Shown: one piece after another, positions 13,200-26,810 of the stretch | Layout of the letters: each line of letters opens with the position of its first letter | Numbering within the stretch: position 1 is the stretch's first letter | Source of the DNA: Mobula hypostoma | Taxonomy: Eukaryota | Length of the DNA stretch: 64,000 bases | Assembly (NCBI RefSeq): GCF_963921235.1 | Contig: NC_086097.1 | Span: forward strand, 183,336,001-183,400,000 | Reading direction: 5' to 3' | Program-made: the position numbers and the translations under genes | The notes under the pieces: generated by a model | Seen by the model: the letters and a program-made list of their open reading frames with translations, nothing else | The model's database searches: none | Told to the model about the DNA's origin: nothing

Positions 13200-14250
13200 T
13201 CCAAATATGATGATAATGTTCAAGATTTGGATGTGGGAATGAAATGTAATATTTCCAAGTTGGTGACTTTGAAGAGTGAAGTGGATTTCAAAGTGATTTA
13301 CATAAGGTGGGCAAGTGGACAAATGCATGGCAGCTGCACTGTAATGTGAGATGATCTACTGATTCTAAATTGGAAAGAAAGATTATCTCGGAAGCACAAG
13401 AGGCCTGTTGTGCTTGTAGATCAGTTGCTGAAAGCAAGTGTTTAGGTGCAACAAATAGTTGGGAAGGCAGTTGGATTTCATTGCAAGAGGATTTGTGCCT
13501 ATCTTGTGGCAGCTGTGCAAGCCTTAGTGAGATCCGATCTAGAATTCTCTGTGCTGTTATGAACACTTAATCTAAGAAAGGATGTTTTTAGCATGGAGAG
13601 ATTACAAAAAAGGCTTTCTAAATTGATTCTTATGGCTGCAGGACTGATGGATGAGGAGAAATTGGGCCAATTCAGTATATATTCACTGGAGTTTGGGAAA
13701 ATGAGATGGGATCTCATTGAAACCTATACAATTCTAAAAAGACTAGATATTCTTGGTGCAGGGAGGAATGAAAATTATATAAACCTTGTGAACTGAAGGG
13801 ATAATTGATAGAGATCATTGATGGTTGTTCTGAGAGTAATGAATTGATCAGCAGATGAGGTTTCTGAGCGCAGCTGATGGGTTGGAGATAGATTGAGTTC
13901 AGTCATCTTGAAAACTCATGTCAAATCACGAAAACTCTTTGTGCACCAACGTCATGCCCTTGGAGCTAGCTACTCTCATGGTACTGATTATTGGAGTTAA
14001 GGCAAGGGACTGGAAAGTTAGAAGGGAATTGAGGAAAGATTTCTTTCACTCTATAGATGTCTGGAATCTGAAACCCAGTGTCAGTGGGAATGGTGGAGGC
14101 TGAAATTCTCATAATATTTAATAATATTTTATTCAATATTTAGATGAGCACTTGAATTGCCCAAGTATAAAAAGCTACTTGCAAACTGTTGGTAAATGAG
14201 ATTAATATAAATGGTTGCTTGATAGTCATACAAACATGAAGGGCTGAAGG
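13200..14250 (+). mobile_element. Very old CR1 LINE 3' remnant
   Basis: KMRWDLIETYTILKRLD and RRELRKDFF...VWN motifs, many stops. Confidence 0.65.
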
Positions 14251-14349
14251 TGGAGTCTTTAGGACTTCATTATTCAATATTCATTGTACCTCATGCCTCC
14301 CTATAGTTACACAAATCTTCACTGTACTGCTCACTAAACATGCTCAAGT

Positions 14350-16390
14350 ATTGGCAGCAATGATAGGGGACTCTGTGAATGCAGGAAAGAAACACGGATG
14401 GTAGTTTGCCTCCCAGGTACCAGGGTCCGGGATTTTTCTGATTGTGTCTACGATATCCTGAAGTGGGAAGGAGAACAGCGAGAGGTTGTGGTACATATTG
14501 GTACCAACGACATAGGTAGGAAAAGGGAGGAGGTCCTGAAAACACACTACAGGGAGTTAGGAAGGAAGTTGAGAAGCAGGACCACAAAGGTAGTAATATC
14601 GGGATTACTGCCTGTGCCACGTGACAGTGAGTATAGGAATAGAATGAGGTGGAGGATAAATGTGTGGCTGAGAGATTGGAGCAGGGGCAGGGATTCAGAT
14701 TTCTGGATCATTGGGACCTCTTTTGGGGTAGGTGTGACCTGTACAAAAAGGACGGGTTGCACTTGAATCCCAGGGGGACCAATATCCTGGCGGAGAGGTT
14801 TGCTAAGGCTATTGGGGAGAGTCTAAACAAGAATTTTTGGGGGGTGGGGACCGAACTAAAGAGAAGGAGGAAGAGGCAGTTGGCTCACAAAGAGAGAAAG
14901 CTTGGAGACAGTGTGAGAGGGAGGATAGGCGGGTGATAGAGAAGGGACGCGCTCAGGCCGATGGTTTGAGCTGTGTCTATTTTAATGCAAGGAGTGTTAT
15001 GAACAAAGCAGATGAGCTGAGAGCACGGATCAGTACTTGGAACTACAATGTTGTGGCCATTACAGAGACTTGGATGGTTCAGGGGTAGGAATGGTTACTT
15101 CAAGTGCCAGGCTTTAGATATTTCAGAAAGGACAGGGAGGGGGGCAAAAGAGGTGGGAGCGTGCCACTGTTGATCAGAGATAGTGTCACGGCTGCAGAAA
15201 AGGAAGAAGTCATGTAGGGATTTTCTACGGAGTCTCTGTGGGTAGAAGTTAGGAATGGGAAGGGGTCAATAACTCTACTGGGTGTTTTTTATAGACCACC
15301 CAATAATAACAGGGACATCGAGGAGCAGATAAGTAGACAGATTCTGGAAAGGTGTAATAACAACAGGGTAGTCGTGGTGGGAGATTTTAAATTCCCAAAT
15401 ATCGATTGGCATCTCCCTAGAGCGAGGCGTTTAGATGGGGTAGAGTTTGTTAGGTATGTTCAGGAAGGTTTCTTGACACAATATGTAGATAAGTCTACAA
15501 GAGGAGAGGCTGTACTTGATCTGATATTGGGAAATGAACCTGGTCAAGTGTCAGATCTCTCAGTGGGAGAACATTTTGGAGATAGTGATCACAATTCTAT
15601 CTCCTTTACCATAGCTTTGGAAAGGGATAGGAACAGACAAGTTAGGAAAGCGTTTAATTGGAGTAAGCAGAAATATGAGGCTATCAGGCAGGAACATGGA
15701 AGCATAAATTGGGAACAGATGTTCTCAGGGAAAAGTACGGAAGAAATGTAGCAGATGTTCAGGGGATATTTGCGTGGAATTCTGCATAGATAAGTTCCAA
15801 TGAGACGGGAAGGATGGTAGGGTACAGGAACCATGGTGTACAAAGGGTATTGCAAATCTAGTCAAGAACAAATATGAAAGGTTCAAAAAATTGGTAATGA
15901 TAGAGACCTAGAAGATTATAAGGCTAACAGGAAGAAGCTTAAGAAGGAAATTAGGAGAGCCAGAAGGGGCCATGAGAAGGCCTTGGCGGACAAGATTAAG
16001 GAAAACCCCAAGGCTTTCTACAAGTATGTGAAGAGCAAGAGGATAAGATGTGAGAGAATAGGACCAATCAAGTGTGACAGTGCAAAAGTGTGTATGGAAC
16101 CGGAGGAGATAGCAGAGATACTCAATGAATACTTCGCTTCAGTATTCACTATAGAAAAGGATCTTGGCGTTTGTAGGGATGACTTACAGTGGACTGAAAA
16201 GCTTGAGCATATAGGTATTAAGAAAGAGGATGTGCTGGAGCTTTTGGAAAGCATCAAGTTGGATAAGTCACCGAGACTGGACGAGATGTACCCCAGGCTA
16301 CCTTGGGAGGTGAGGGAGGAGATTGCTGAGCCTCTGACCATGATCTTTGCATCATCAGTGGGGATGGGCGAGGTTCTGGAGGATTGGAGG
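14350..16390 (+). mobile_element. CR1 LINE: ORF1 SGNH-esterase region and ORF2 APE endonuclease to start of RT
   Basis: VCLPGTRVRD, VVVHIGTNDIG, DGLHLNPRG (ORF1). YFNARS, VAITETW, VGDFKFPNIDW, GDSDHN, NPKAFYKYVKSKR (ORF2). Confidence 0.92.
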
Positions 16391-16683
16391 TTATAACCAT
16401 ATAACAATTACAGCACGGAAACAGGCCATCTCGGCCCTTCTAGTCCATGCCGAACTCTTACTCTCACCTAGTCCCACTGACCTGCACTCACCCCATAACC
16501 CTCCATTCCTTTCCTGTCCATATAGTTGTCCAATTTAACTTTAAACAACAACATCGAACCTGCCTCAACCACTTCTGCTGGAAGCTCGTTCCACACAGCT
16601 ACCACTCTCTGAGTAAAGAAGTTCCCCCTCATGTTACCCCTAAACTTTTGCCCTTTAACTCTCAATTCATGTCCTCTTGTTTG
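16391..16683 (-). mobile_element. CR1 LINE 3' end
   Basis: RVKGQKFRGNMRGNFFTQRVVAVWNELP; (GTTATATG)-type tail abutting 16391. Confidence 0.88.
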
Positions 16684-17055
16684 AATGTGCTACCTGCAAG
16701 GCAAACTATGTACAGGTGCTAGTTAATCACATACTCTGGACTCTACATTCATGTGATTTAGCTTACAGCTTCTTTCTTTCTTTCTTTCTTGATTCTTCAA
16801 CAGTCAACTGCATATATAGAGGCCTCACTTTGATGTGTCAATTCTTACAGTTAAACATATTCCTAATTATATTAAGTGGTAGCACCCAATTTCTTTTTAC
16901 TTTGTCACTAAGTTGAAAGTTCATTTATACTCTAAAGTTCTGTTATCAGGATACTGTAGAGTTCCTGGTATTGCATAAGGAATAATAATTTAATTTATTT
17001 CACTCCATGTTTCATCAATAAGGCAGTGCATGGAAAAGAAAACCCATGTACTTAC

Positions 17056-17161
17056 TTTAGTGGAATTAAAATGAAATAATGTTTGAAATGGTTCTTGTTC
17101 GAGAAGTCTAGGTCCAAACCCATACTGAATATCAAAGTATAACCAGGGCAGATTCCTTCGC
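17056..17161 (-). CDS. TMEM67: TMEM67 exon 9
   Basis: tcctttcAG, (W)RRNLPWLYFDIQYGFGPRLLEQEPFQTLFHFNSTK, GTAAGT; 106 nt; WR.NLPWL motif. Confidence 0.96.
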
Positions 17162-17397
17162 CTGAAAGGAAGGTAGATTGTCAATAAATAACTTTTGGTA
17201 TATACGAATGTGAGAATAAGGATTGGTGCGACAGTTCAAAATGTAAAATTTTTTCATTTTATTCTGACATTTTTCCATCAGAAACATATATACTGTATGT
17301 ACTTCTGAATTTCTTTCTGTTTCGCTTTATTGGAGTCAGTAGATCATCCACATGCAAGAGTCTCATCTGGACAGTTATGACTCATCATAAATAATAT

Positions 17398-18645
17398 TAG
17401 TCATAGAGTAATAGAAAAGTAGAGTACAGAAACAGGACCTTTGGCCCATCTAGTTTGTGCCGAAACATTTAAACTGTATATTCTCATCAACTTACACCAG
17501 GACCATAGCCTTCCATAGCCCTACCATCCACGTATCTATCCAAACTTTTCTTAAACGTTGAAATTGAACATTTATGCACCACTTGCACTTGCAGCTCCTT
17601 CAACACTCTCATGAGCCTCTCAGTGAAGAAGTTTCCCCTTGTGTTCCCCTTAAACTTTTCACCTTTCACTCTTAAGCCATGGCCTCTCATTGTAGTACCA
17701 CTCAACCTCAGTGGGAAAGGCCTGCTTGCATTTACCCTATCTATACTCCTCATAATTTTGTATACCTCTATCAAACCTCACATCAATCTTCTACATTCCA
17801 AGCAATAAAGCCCTAACCTATTCAATCTTTCCATATAACTTAGGTCCTCTAGATCTGGCTAAATCCTTGCAAATTTTCTCTGTACTCTTTCAACCTTGTT
17901 TACATCTTTCCTGTAGGTCGGTGACCAAAACTGCACACAATACTCCAAAGTAGGCCTCACCACCCTTATATAACTTCAATATAACATCTCATTTTGTGTA
18001 CTCAAAACTTTGATTGATGAAGGCCAATGTGCCAAAAGCGTTCTTTATGACCCTATCTACCTGTGATGCCACTTTCAATGAATTATGGACCTGTCTTTCT
18101 AGATCCCTTTGTTCTACCACACTCCTAAGTGGCCTACCATTCACTCTGTAAGACCTACTCTGGTTGGTCCTACTGAAGTGCAAAACTACGAACTTGTCTG
18201 TATTAAGTTCCATCTGCCATTTCTCAGCCCATTTTTCCAGCTGGTCCCGATCCCTCTGCATGCATGCTCTGATAGTCTTCCCCACTGCCCACTACATCCC
18301 CAAACTTGATGTCATCCACAAATTTCCTGACCCAGTTAACCACATCATCATCCAGATCATTGATATACATGACAGATAACAACAGACCCAGCACCGATGC
18401 CTGTGGTACTCCACTAGTCACAGGCCTCCAGAGAGGCAACTGTCTACTACAACTCTCTGGCTTCTCCCACAAAGCCAATATCTAATCCAATTTACAACCT
18501 CATCTTGGATGGTAAACAACTGAGCTTTCTTGAACCACCTCCCATGCAGGACCTCGTCAAATCCATGTAGACAACATCCACTGCCTTCATCAGCTTTCCT
18601 GGTAACTTCATCAAAAAGCTCTATAAGATTGGTTAAACCATGCAC
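17398..18645 (-). mobile_element. CR1 LINE 3' portion
   Basis: SGVPQASVLG, KFVDD, WAEKWQMEL, GNFFTER motifs in minus-strand ORFs. Confidence 0.9.
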
Positions 18646-19008
18646 AATGTTTTATTGGAGTTCTTTGTTTTGTGGCTGCAGGTAAGGTTGTATATAGTAT
18701 ACATACTTTGATACTGGTGATCCATTTGGGAATTGTGAAGGAAATACAGTATAAGGTTCTGTATTTAGAGGATGAAGTGAACAGGGTGCAGAAATTGATA
18801 CTAGAACAATATTTATTCCTTTTAGCTGAAGTCCTCAGTATTTTAGTGGAATTAACATTGATAGAATAGTGGCAAAATTTTGACAAGTATCTTAGAAAAT
18901 GTTAAAGTAGAAAATTTCCTATGACAAAAATGCAAATTAATTAAAATACCAATGCGCTAACTGCTCAAACAGGAAATTCATATACTCTTTAACCACAGCA
19001 TTTTCTTA

Positions 19009-19203
<195 letters not shown>

Positions 19204-19484
19204 TTAATTAACATAAACATACGCAGCTTACTAATGATTCTTCTGCACTAAACTATGTAATGGCTACGTAAATAGCTTGCAAGCTTAGCATTTACTTGTA
19301 TTATAGAATCAGAGCCTTTCATGTTTTCCAAATAGCATTTTTAATTATCTGAATTAATTCATTATAAACATTTAAGTAAGTTATTAAAACAGAAAAGAAA
19401 GGAACATTTTATTCAAGAGTTTACAAACCTAAATTTCAAGCAGTCACTCCTACGCTATAGATGAACTTATGTGATACAATCAGA

Positions 19485-19920
19485 GAGTCATTGAGTCATA
19501 CAGCACGGAATCAGACCCATCAGCTCAACTTGTCCATGTTGACTAGTTGCTTACCTGAGTTAGTCCCATTTGCTTGTATTTGTCCTTATCCTCAGGGTTT
19601 CCAACCTGGACCCCTTGCTTAATAATATTGTCATAAGAAAGGTTGGAAACCCCTGCTCTAAACATTTCTCACCCATATATCTGTCCAAATGTCTTTTAAA
19701 TGTAGTAATAAACACCTCTGCCACTTCCTCCGGCAGCTCACTCCTCGTACCTGCCACACTCTGTATGATAAGTTACTCCTCGGGTCCCATTAAATCGTTT
19801 CCCCTCGCTCTAAAACTATGGTGACTATCCTGGTAAAAAGATTGTGAACATTCACCTTATCTATGTTCTTTCTAAATCTTCTATGCCACAGTGAAAACAG
19901 TCTCAGCCTATTCAGTCTCT
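19485..19920 (-). mobile_element. CR1 3' remnant containing a 63-bp hAT-like MITE
   Basis: ELPEEVAE..TTFKRHLDRYM motif. Confidence 0.7.
19593..19655. mobile_element. Tiny hAT/Charlie-like MITE
   Basis: TIRs CAGGGTTTCCAACCT / AGGTTGGAAACCCCTG; right flank CTCTAAAC resembles the Charlie target NTCTAGAN. Confidence 0.6.
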
Positions 19921-21537
19921 TTCAAGTTGTAATTTATTCTCAAATCTTGAGATTCATTTTCTTGCGGGCATTCACAGTAGATACAAAGAAGAACAATGGA
20001 ATCAAACAAAGACGGCAAACAACCAATGAGCAAAAGAAGGCAAATACAAAAAAAATATTAATAACATGAGTTGTAGGGTCATTAAAAGTGAATCAATAGA
20101 TTGTGCAACCAGTTCAGTGTCAAGGTGAGTGAAGTTATCCACATTGGTTCAGGAGCCTGATGGTTGAGGAGTAATAATTGTTCCTGAACTTGGTGGTATG
20201 GGACATAAGGCTCCAGCACCTCCTTCATGGTGGCAACAGCAAGAAGAAAGCATGGCCTGGCTGGTGGGTATCCTTGATGATGCATGTGGCTTTCTTGTGG
20301 CAACACTCCTTGTGGATGTGTTCAATGGTGGGTGGGGGGCATTAACTATGATGGACTGGGTATCTACTACTTTTTTTGAAGCCTTTTCCATTTATATGCA
20401 TTATTGTTTCCATAACAGCCATGATGCAAACAGTCAGGATACTCTCCACTGTGCATTTATGGAATTTTATAAAAGTTTTAGATGACATGCTGAGCCTGTG
20501 CAAACTTCTAAGAAAGTAGAGGCTCTGGCGTGCCTTCTTTGTAATGACACTTGTGTGCTGATCCCAGAACAGATCCTTTGAAATGATAATGTCAAGGAAT
20601 TTGAAGTTGCTGACCCTCTCCACCACCGATCCCCTAATGAGAACTGGATCATGGGCCTCCAATTTCCTCTATCTATACGCAATAATCAGCTCTTGGTTTT
20701 GCCGTTGTTGAGTGAGAGATTGTTGTTGTGACACCATTCAACCGGATTTTCAATCTCCCTCCTATGTGTTGATTCGGCTTATGACAGTGGTGTTGTCAGC
20801 CAACTTGAATATAGCATTGGAGCTATAATTGGCCTCACAATCATAAATATAAAGTGAGTAGAGCAGAGGGCTAAGCACGCAGCCTTGAGGTGCACCTGGG
20901 CTGATGGTGATTGTGGAGATGTTGTTGCCAATCGGAGCCAAACGGGGTTTGCAAGTGAGGAAGTCAAGGATCCAGTTGCACAAGAAGTTCTTGGACTTAA
21001 TTAGTTTTGAGGGGAGGGTGTTGATTACAGCTCTGTATTCAATAAAGTATATCCTGATGTATGCATCTTCACCATTTTGATTTTTCTGAACTGAATGGAG
21101 AACCAAGGAAATGGTATCTGCTGTTGACCTGTTAAGACGTTAGGCAAAATGGAGCGGTTCCAAGTTACTTATCAGGTAGCAGCTGATATGTTCCATCACG
21201 AATCTCTCAAAGCACATCGTCATAGTTGATGTAAGTGCTACTGGCCGACAGTCATTGAGGCACGATACCATGTACTTCTTGGGCACCAGTATGACTGAAG
21301 CCTACTTGAAGTAGCTGGGTACTTCAGACTGCCGAAGCAAGAGGTTAAAGATGTCAGAAAATACTCTAGCCAGTTGATTAGCACAGGTCTTCTGTAATTG
21401 GCCAGGGAGACCATCTGGGCTAGACACTTTCTGTGGGTTCACTCTCCTGAAGGATGCTCTCATGACAGCCTCAAAGACTGAAATCACAGGGTTCTTTGGG
21501 GCTATGGGTGTTTGTGAAGGTGCCTGCATGTTATATA

Positions 21538-23140
21538 CAAACCCCATTTCCAGAAAAGTTGGGATATTTTCCAAAATGCAATAAAAACAAAAATCTGTGA
21601 TATGTTAATTCACATGAACCTTTATTTAACTGACAAAAGTACAAAGAAAAGATCTTCAATAGTTTTACTGACCAACTTAATTGTATTTTGTAAACATACA
21701 CAAACTTAGAATTCGATGGCTGCCACACACTCAACAAAAGTTGGGACAGAGGCATGTTTACCATTGTGTTACATCACCTTTCCTTTTAATAACACTTTTT
21801 AATCATTTTGGAACTGAGGATACTAATTGTAGTAGATTTGCAATTGGAAATTTTGTCCATTCTTGCTTGATATAAGACTTCAGCTGCTCAACAGTCCGTG
21901 GTCTCTGTCGTCTGATTCTCCTCTTCATGATGCGCCATATATTTTCAATAGGAGATAGATCTGGACTGGCAGCAGGCCAGTCAAGCACACGCGCTCTGTG
22001 TCTACATAGCCACGCTGTTGTAGCCCGCGCAGAATGTGGTCTGGCATTGTCCTGCTGAAATAAGCGTGGACGTCCTGGGAAGAGACGTCGCCTTGATGGC
22101 AACATATGTCTCTCTAAAATCCTAATATACGCCTCAGAGTCAGTGGTACCTTCACATACATGCAACTCACCCATGCTGTGGGCACTGATGCACCCCCATA
22201 CCATCACAGATGCTGGCTTTTGCACCTTTCACTGATAACAATCTGGATGGTCATTTTCATCTTTGGCACGGAGAACTCAACACCCGTTTTTCCAAAAACT
22301 AGCTGAAACGTGGACTCATCTGACCACAGCACACAGTTCCACAGTCTTTCGGTCCATCTGAGATGAACTCGGGCCCAGAGAACTCGGTGGCGTTTCTGCA
22401 TAGAGTTGATGTATGGCTTCCTCCTTGTGTAATATAGTTTCAAGTTGCATTTCTGGATGCAGCGACGGACTGTGTTGAGTGACAATGGTTTTCTGAAGTA
22501 CTCCCGAGCCCAGGTGGCTATAATTGTCACAGTAGCATGACGGTTTCTTAGGCAGTGCCACCTGAGGGCTCAAAGATCACGCGCATTCAACAGTGGTTTC
22601 CAACCTTGCCCTTTATGCACTGAGATGTCTCTGAATTCTCTGAATCTTTTCACAATATTATGTACTGTAGATGTTGAAAGACCTAAATTCTCTGCAATCT
22701 TGCGTTGAGAAATGTTCCTTTTGAACTGACTAACAATTCTCTCATGAATTTTGGCACAAAGGGGTCAGCCACGACCCATCCTTGCTTGCAAAGACTGAGC
22801 CTTTGATGGACGCTACTTTTATACCCAGTCATGATACCTCACCTGCTACCAATTAGCCTGCTTAATGTGGAGTCTTCCAAACCGGTGTTACTTGAATATT
22901 CTGTGCACTTTTCAATTTTATTTTAACTCTGTCCCAACTTTTGTTGAGTGTGTTGCAGCCATCAAATTCTAAATTTGTGTATATTTACAAAATACAATTA
23001 AGTTGGTCAGTAAAATTACTGAAAATCTTTTCTTTGTACTTTTGTCAGTTCAAAAAAGGTTCACGTGAATTAACATATCACAGATTTTTGTTTTTATTGC
23101 ATTTTGGAAAATATCCCAACATTTCTGGAAATGGGGTTTG
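21538..23140 (-). mobile_element. Full-length Tc1 (DD34E) transposon with 214-bp IR/DR termini and TA duplication
   Basis: TA at 21536-21537 and 23141-23142. TIRs 21538-21751 and 22927-23140 begin CAAACCCCATTTCCAGAAA and contain an inner direct repeat AAAAGTTGGGA. Confidence 0.96.
21758..22779 (-). pseudogene. Tc1 transposase pseudogene
   Basis: MGRG*PLCAKIHERIV...WSDES...VMVWGC...FQQDNARPH-(34 aa)-SPIENIW...KGDVTQW*. Three in-frame TGA stops and one frameshift near 22290. Confidence 0.93.
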
Positions 23141-24689
23141 TAGATCAAAGTGAGTATTAAAGGCATTGAGCTCATCTTGGAGCAAAACCCTGTCGTTATT
23201 CATGTTGCTTGGTTTTACTTTGTAGGGGATGACAGCATTCAAGACCTGCCACAGCTGTTGAGCATCCTTCTGTGATTGAAATTTGGTCCAGAACTACCAT
23301 TTCACATAAGATGGTAGTTCAGAACGTTGATAAGGTAAATATGGATGACCACTCTTAGAGAGGTCCTATATTCTCCCTAGTTACTCATCTATTTTAAATA
23401 TGTGTAACCAGGTGACCGTCGAATCTTACTCATTATCGTTAAAAGTGTACTTGGGCATCCGTCCGGGTGAAGCTAGAATAGTTGTCTGTGCCTTTGGTGG
23501 AGATGGTGATGTTATTACGCACGCACGGGATAGTGGGGAGACCATTTTTGTTTTCTGCGGAAGAAGCTGGTGGGGCTTGGGATTAAGTTCCTCCCAGAGA
23601 TACTGGGTATGGTGAGGAAAGGTGAGTATTAATTGATGATATCTATGTGAATTCGTTTATACTAATTGGCGAATTGAGAATATTGATAATTTGACATGTT
23701 TTACATGTGGATGCTTTAGATTTTCACCAGTGAAGGCATCGGCACTGGATAGCATGGCTTGTGCAGAGTTCCTTACTGGCCAAGTAGGTCAGTCTTCCTG
23801 TAATTTAACTACCAGGCAATATCTTGTAGAAGTTGTGCTAAAATGTACCTTTTGTCTAACTTTATTGTATCATGACTGATGGTGAATGTAACAGCATAAC
23901 GTGAATGTTTAGTCTCTGTTTGGAAGTTAAGCATGTGTGTACTAAAAGGGAGTAGACATCTTAGTTGAAATGTATTCGCTTACATTTTCCCTGCTATGTA
24001 TAAGATACAGGGTTGGTGGGATTCTAATGTTGTTTGTATTGTGTTTCTTCAAAATTGCCACTACCGTACTAGTTTTGTATTAGTTCTGTGCGGTTTGCTT
24101 TATGTATTTTTATACTGCATACGCAATTCGTTGATACACAAGGGTGTGGATTGAAAGTTAGACTGAGACTGTAATGGCAGGGACTGGTTGTAAATTCGTT
24201 CGTTTTGTTTTGAGACCCTCTTCTGCCACTAAAACATCTAAAACAGATAAAGGAATTAAAACCCGAAAAAGTGTTTGTTGTTCTGAATGTGTACTTTCTC
24301 CCAGGCTACATATGCTTATTTAATCTCTTAAGATTCTCCTTTACTTTAACTGCCAAGATACTTCATATCACTTTCGACCCTCTTGATTTCCCCTACAGCC
24401 CTTATACCCCTGAAGGAATACACTTGATCATAGCTGTCTATATCTGACATATTCCTCTCTTTTTCCTACCAGAGCCTCAAAATCCTTCATTAGTGAGGGT
24501 TTCTTATCGTGCCAGCGCTCTCCTTCGTTCTCATGGGGACATGTTGGCTCGTCACACTTCCAATCACACTATTAAAAGCCTCCCATTTACAAAACATCGT
24601 TTACCTGTAAACATCCTCTCTCAAATCAAGCTTTGCAAATTCCTGTCTAAGCTTTCAAATGCTTGGTTTACCGAGAGAAAACAGTTGGA

Positions 24690-25500
24690 ATTAACAGGTG
24701 CAAGATGATGCATTTTGGGAAGTCAAGAAAGGGCAGGATATGTACATTAAATGATAGGGCACACAGAAGTTTTGATGTACAAAGGTGTTAAAGTCCATAA
24801 TTTTCTGAGAGTGGCAACGTACGTTGGGTCGAGAATGCACAAGTTAAGGGTATAGGTTATCAGAATTGAGGCATTATTTTGCAAATTTTTGAAATTTGGA
24901 GCATAGTGTGCAGTCTGATAAGGACCCATTTGAAAGCTGAGAGACTCTGAGTCCATGATGAAAGTAAATATGTTTTACTATTATTACACGTGGCTTTGGT
25001 GAAATCATGCTTGGAGAATTGTCCATATTTTGGACTCCTTACTTAAAGAGGATATACTTGCTACATAGCAAATGTAGTGAACATTCATCTAAGTGGTTCC
25101 TGGGATGGCAAGTCTGCCACATGAGCAGTAATTGTGCAGTCTAGGCCTCTATTTGAGCTTTACAAAGATGACAAATGATCTCAAAGAAACATGCAAAATC
25201 GATTGAGGAATCGACAAGGTAGACCAGGATGTTTCTCTTGATTAAGTAGTCTGGAATTAGGGTCCATAGTCTCAAAATTAACAGTAGTTCATTTGGACAG
25301 AAATGCAGAGTCCAAACAAAAACATGGTAAATTTTTGAAATTCCCTGGAGGATTGTGGAGGATAGTGTTCCAAAAAAATAAATATATATTTGGATATTGC
25401 AGGAAATAGGGAGCATTAAGCCGGGCTAGGGAATGGTGTTTGCTATACTATACATATGCCATGTTGAGGCTTCAAAGACCAAATGACTTAACCCTATTCC
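24690..25500 (+). mobile_element. Very old CR1 remnant
   Basis: Degenerate MHFGKS and LVKSCLENCPYFWTPYL-like segments. Confidence 0.55.
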
Positions 25501-26319
25501 TTTATCTTACATGTTTATATAAAGATCATATTCAATGATAAGGCCAGGTAGATATTTGCGACATTACAGATATGGAAGGTGGGGAGAAGAGGGGTCAATA
25601 CTTTGAGATTCCAAACAGGAATTCCAAATGTCCTGCTGTATTTAACAGGAGAACATAATTTAGCATTTTCAGCAAGATTGATCAACTATTTGGAAGTCCA
25701 CAGCACCAAATTACATTTTTATGTGGAACTGAAATGGAGATCAAGATTAAGTTGGTAAAATGGAGATGCAGTTTATTTCTTTAAATCAACGTCAGGAGTT
25801 TGTGGAGATCAAGAATTGAAGATTAGTCAGAGACCATTAATACACACAATCAGAGTGGATAAGGAACAGGATGAGACTATGGAATTGAGAGGAGTGGTTG
25901 GGACAGGGTTGAGTGATTGGGGTGGGTGTGTAGAAATCTTGGGAGAAGTAGACAGAATTGTCAAGAGTGAGATGGGCTAGTTAGTTCTCTATAATAATGG
26001 CAAAATCTTTTGGGGTTAGAGTAACTACCTACTCCTGATGGACACAAAGACATTAATTTATGCAGTCATTCACTTCTGGCTCCTCTTATCTGCCTAGTTT
26101 TCTATGTCTCAAAACATTGCCAACACAAACTAAGATTCTAATTCCTGTTAAAGCAGAGATACATAGCCTCCTTAATAGCATGTATTAACTCATTAGTTTT
26201 CTGAGTGTGCATGAGTCTTCCAGCCACTAACCATCTCCATTAAAATCATATCTAGGTGGAACAGTTCAGATTTGAGAATTCAGCCATGTGTAATCCTGCC
26301 TATTCCTGGGGATACAGAT

Positions 26320-26518
26320 ATTGTTCAATTCTGCTGTTGTCTGTACAGAATTTATACATTCTCCTCATGAGTGCATGGGTTTCCTCCTGATGCTCTGTTT
26401 TCTACCCACATTCCAAAGACGTACAGGTTGGTAAGTTAATTGGCCACATGGCTGTAATTGGGCTGTGTGGGCTCGTTGGACTACTAGGGTCAGTTACCGT
26501 GCTGCATCTCTAAATAAA
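26320..26518 (+). mobile_element. V-SINE remnant
   Basis: tttatacattctcctcatgagtgcatgggtttcctcc...cccacattccaaagacgtacaggtt, ending ctctaaataaa. Confidence 0.7.
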
Positions 26519-26553
26519 ATACATTTCCCCCAAAATACATATTCAAAACTGAC

Positions 26554-26616
26554 CAGGCATGCAATAGCTGATGCTTTCAAATGAGCAGCAAACCAAGCAG
26601 ATGAAACTTTGAAACC
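26554..26616 (-). CDS. TMEM67: TMEM67 exon 7
   Basis: tttttgcAG, GFKVSSAWFAAHLKASAIACL, GTCAGT; 63 nt. Confidence 0.92.
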
Positions 26617-26810
26617 CTGCAAAAATTACAGGAAATAGTCTCGATAGTAACTTTGAACAATGCCTCACAGTTCCCAAATGAATACATTTACATAATTTTC
26701 ATCTTAAAATAATACCCAGGTTATATAATTATTTTATTACATTGTTTGTAATCAGATCATACACTGCTACTGCATCTACACAATGAAATCCTTTAAAGAT
26801 TTGTAGCTGT

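Larger units (their letters stand above)
19925..23330 (-). mobile_element. Rex1/Babar LINE, decayed, interrupted by a Tc1 element
   Basis: LCNWILDFLT, GAPQGCVLSPLLYSLY, IFKLADNTT, VERVSNFKFL, KKARQSLYFLRSL, SPDGLPGQLQKTCANQL. Continues at 23143-23330 after the Tc1. Confidence 0.88.

Noticed and set aside
14350..16683. Single CR1 with twin-priming inversion
   Set aside because: The inverted piece presents its 3' tail at the junction and no shared TSD was found; more likely two insertions plus a deletion.
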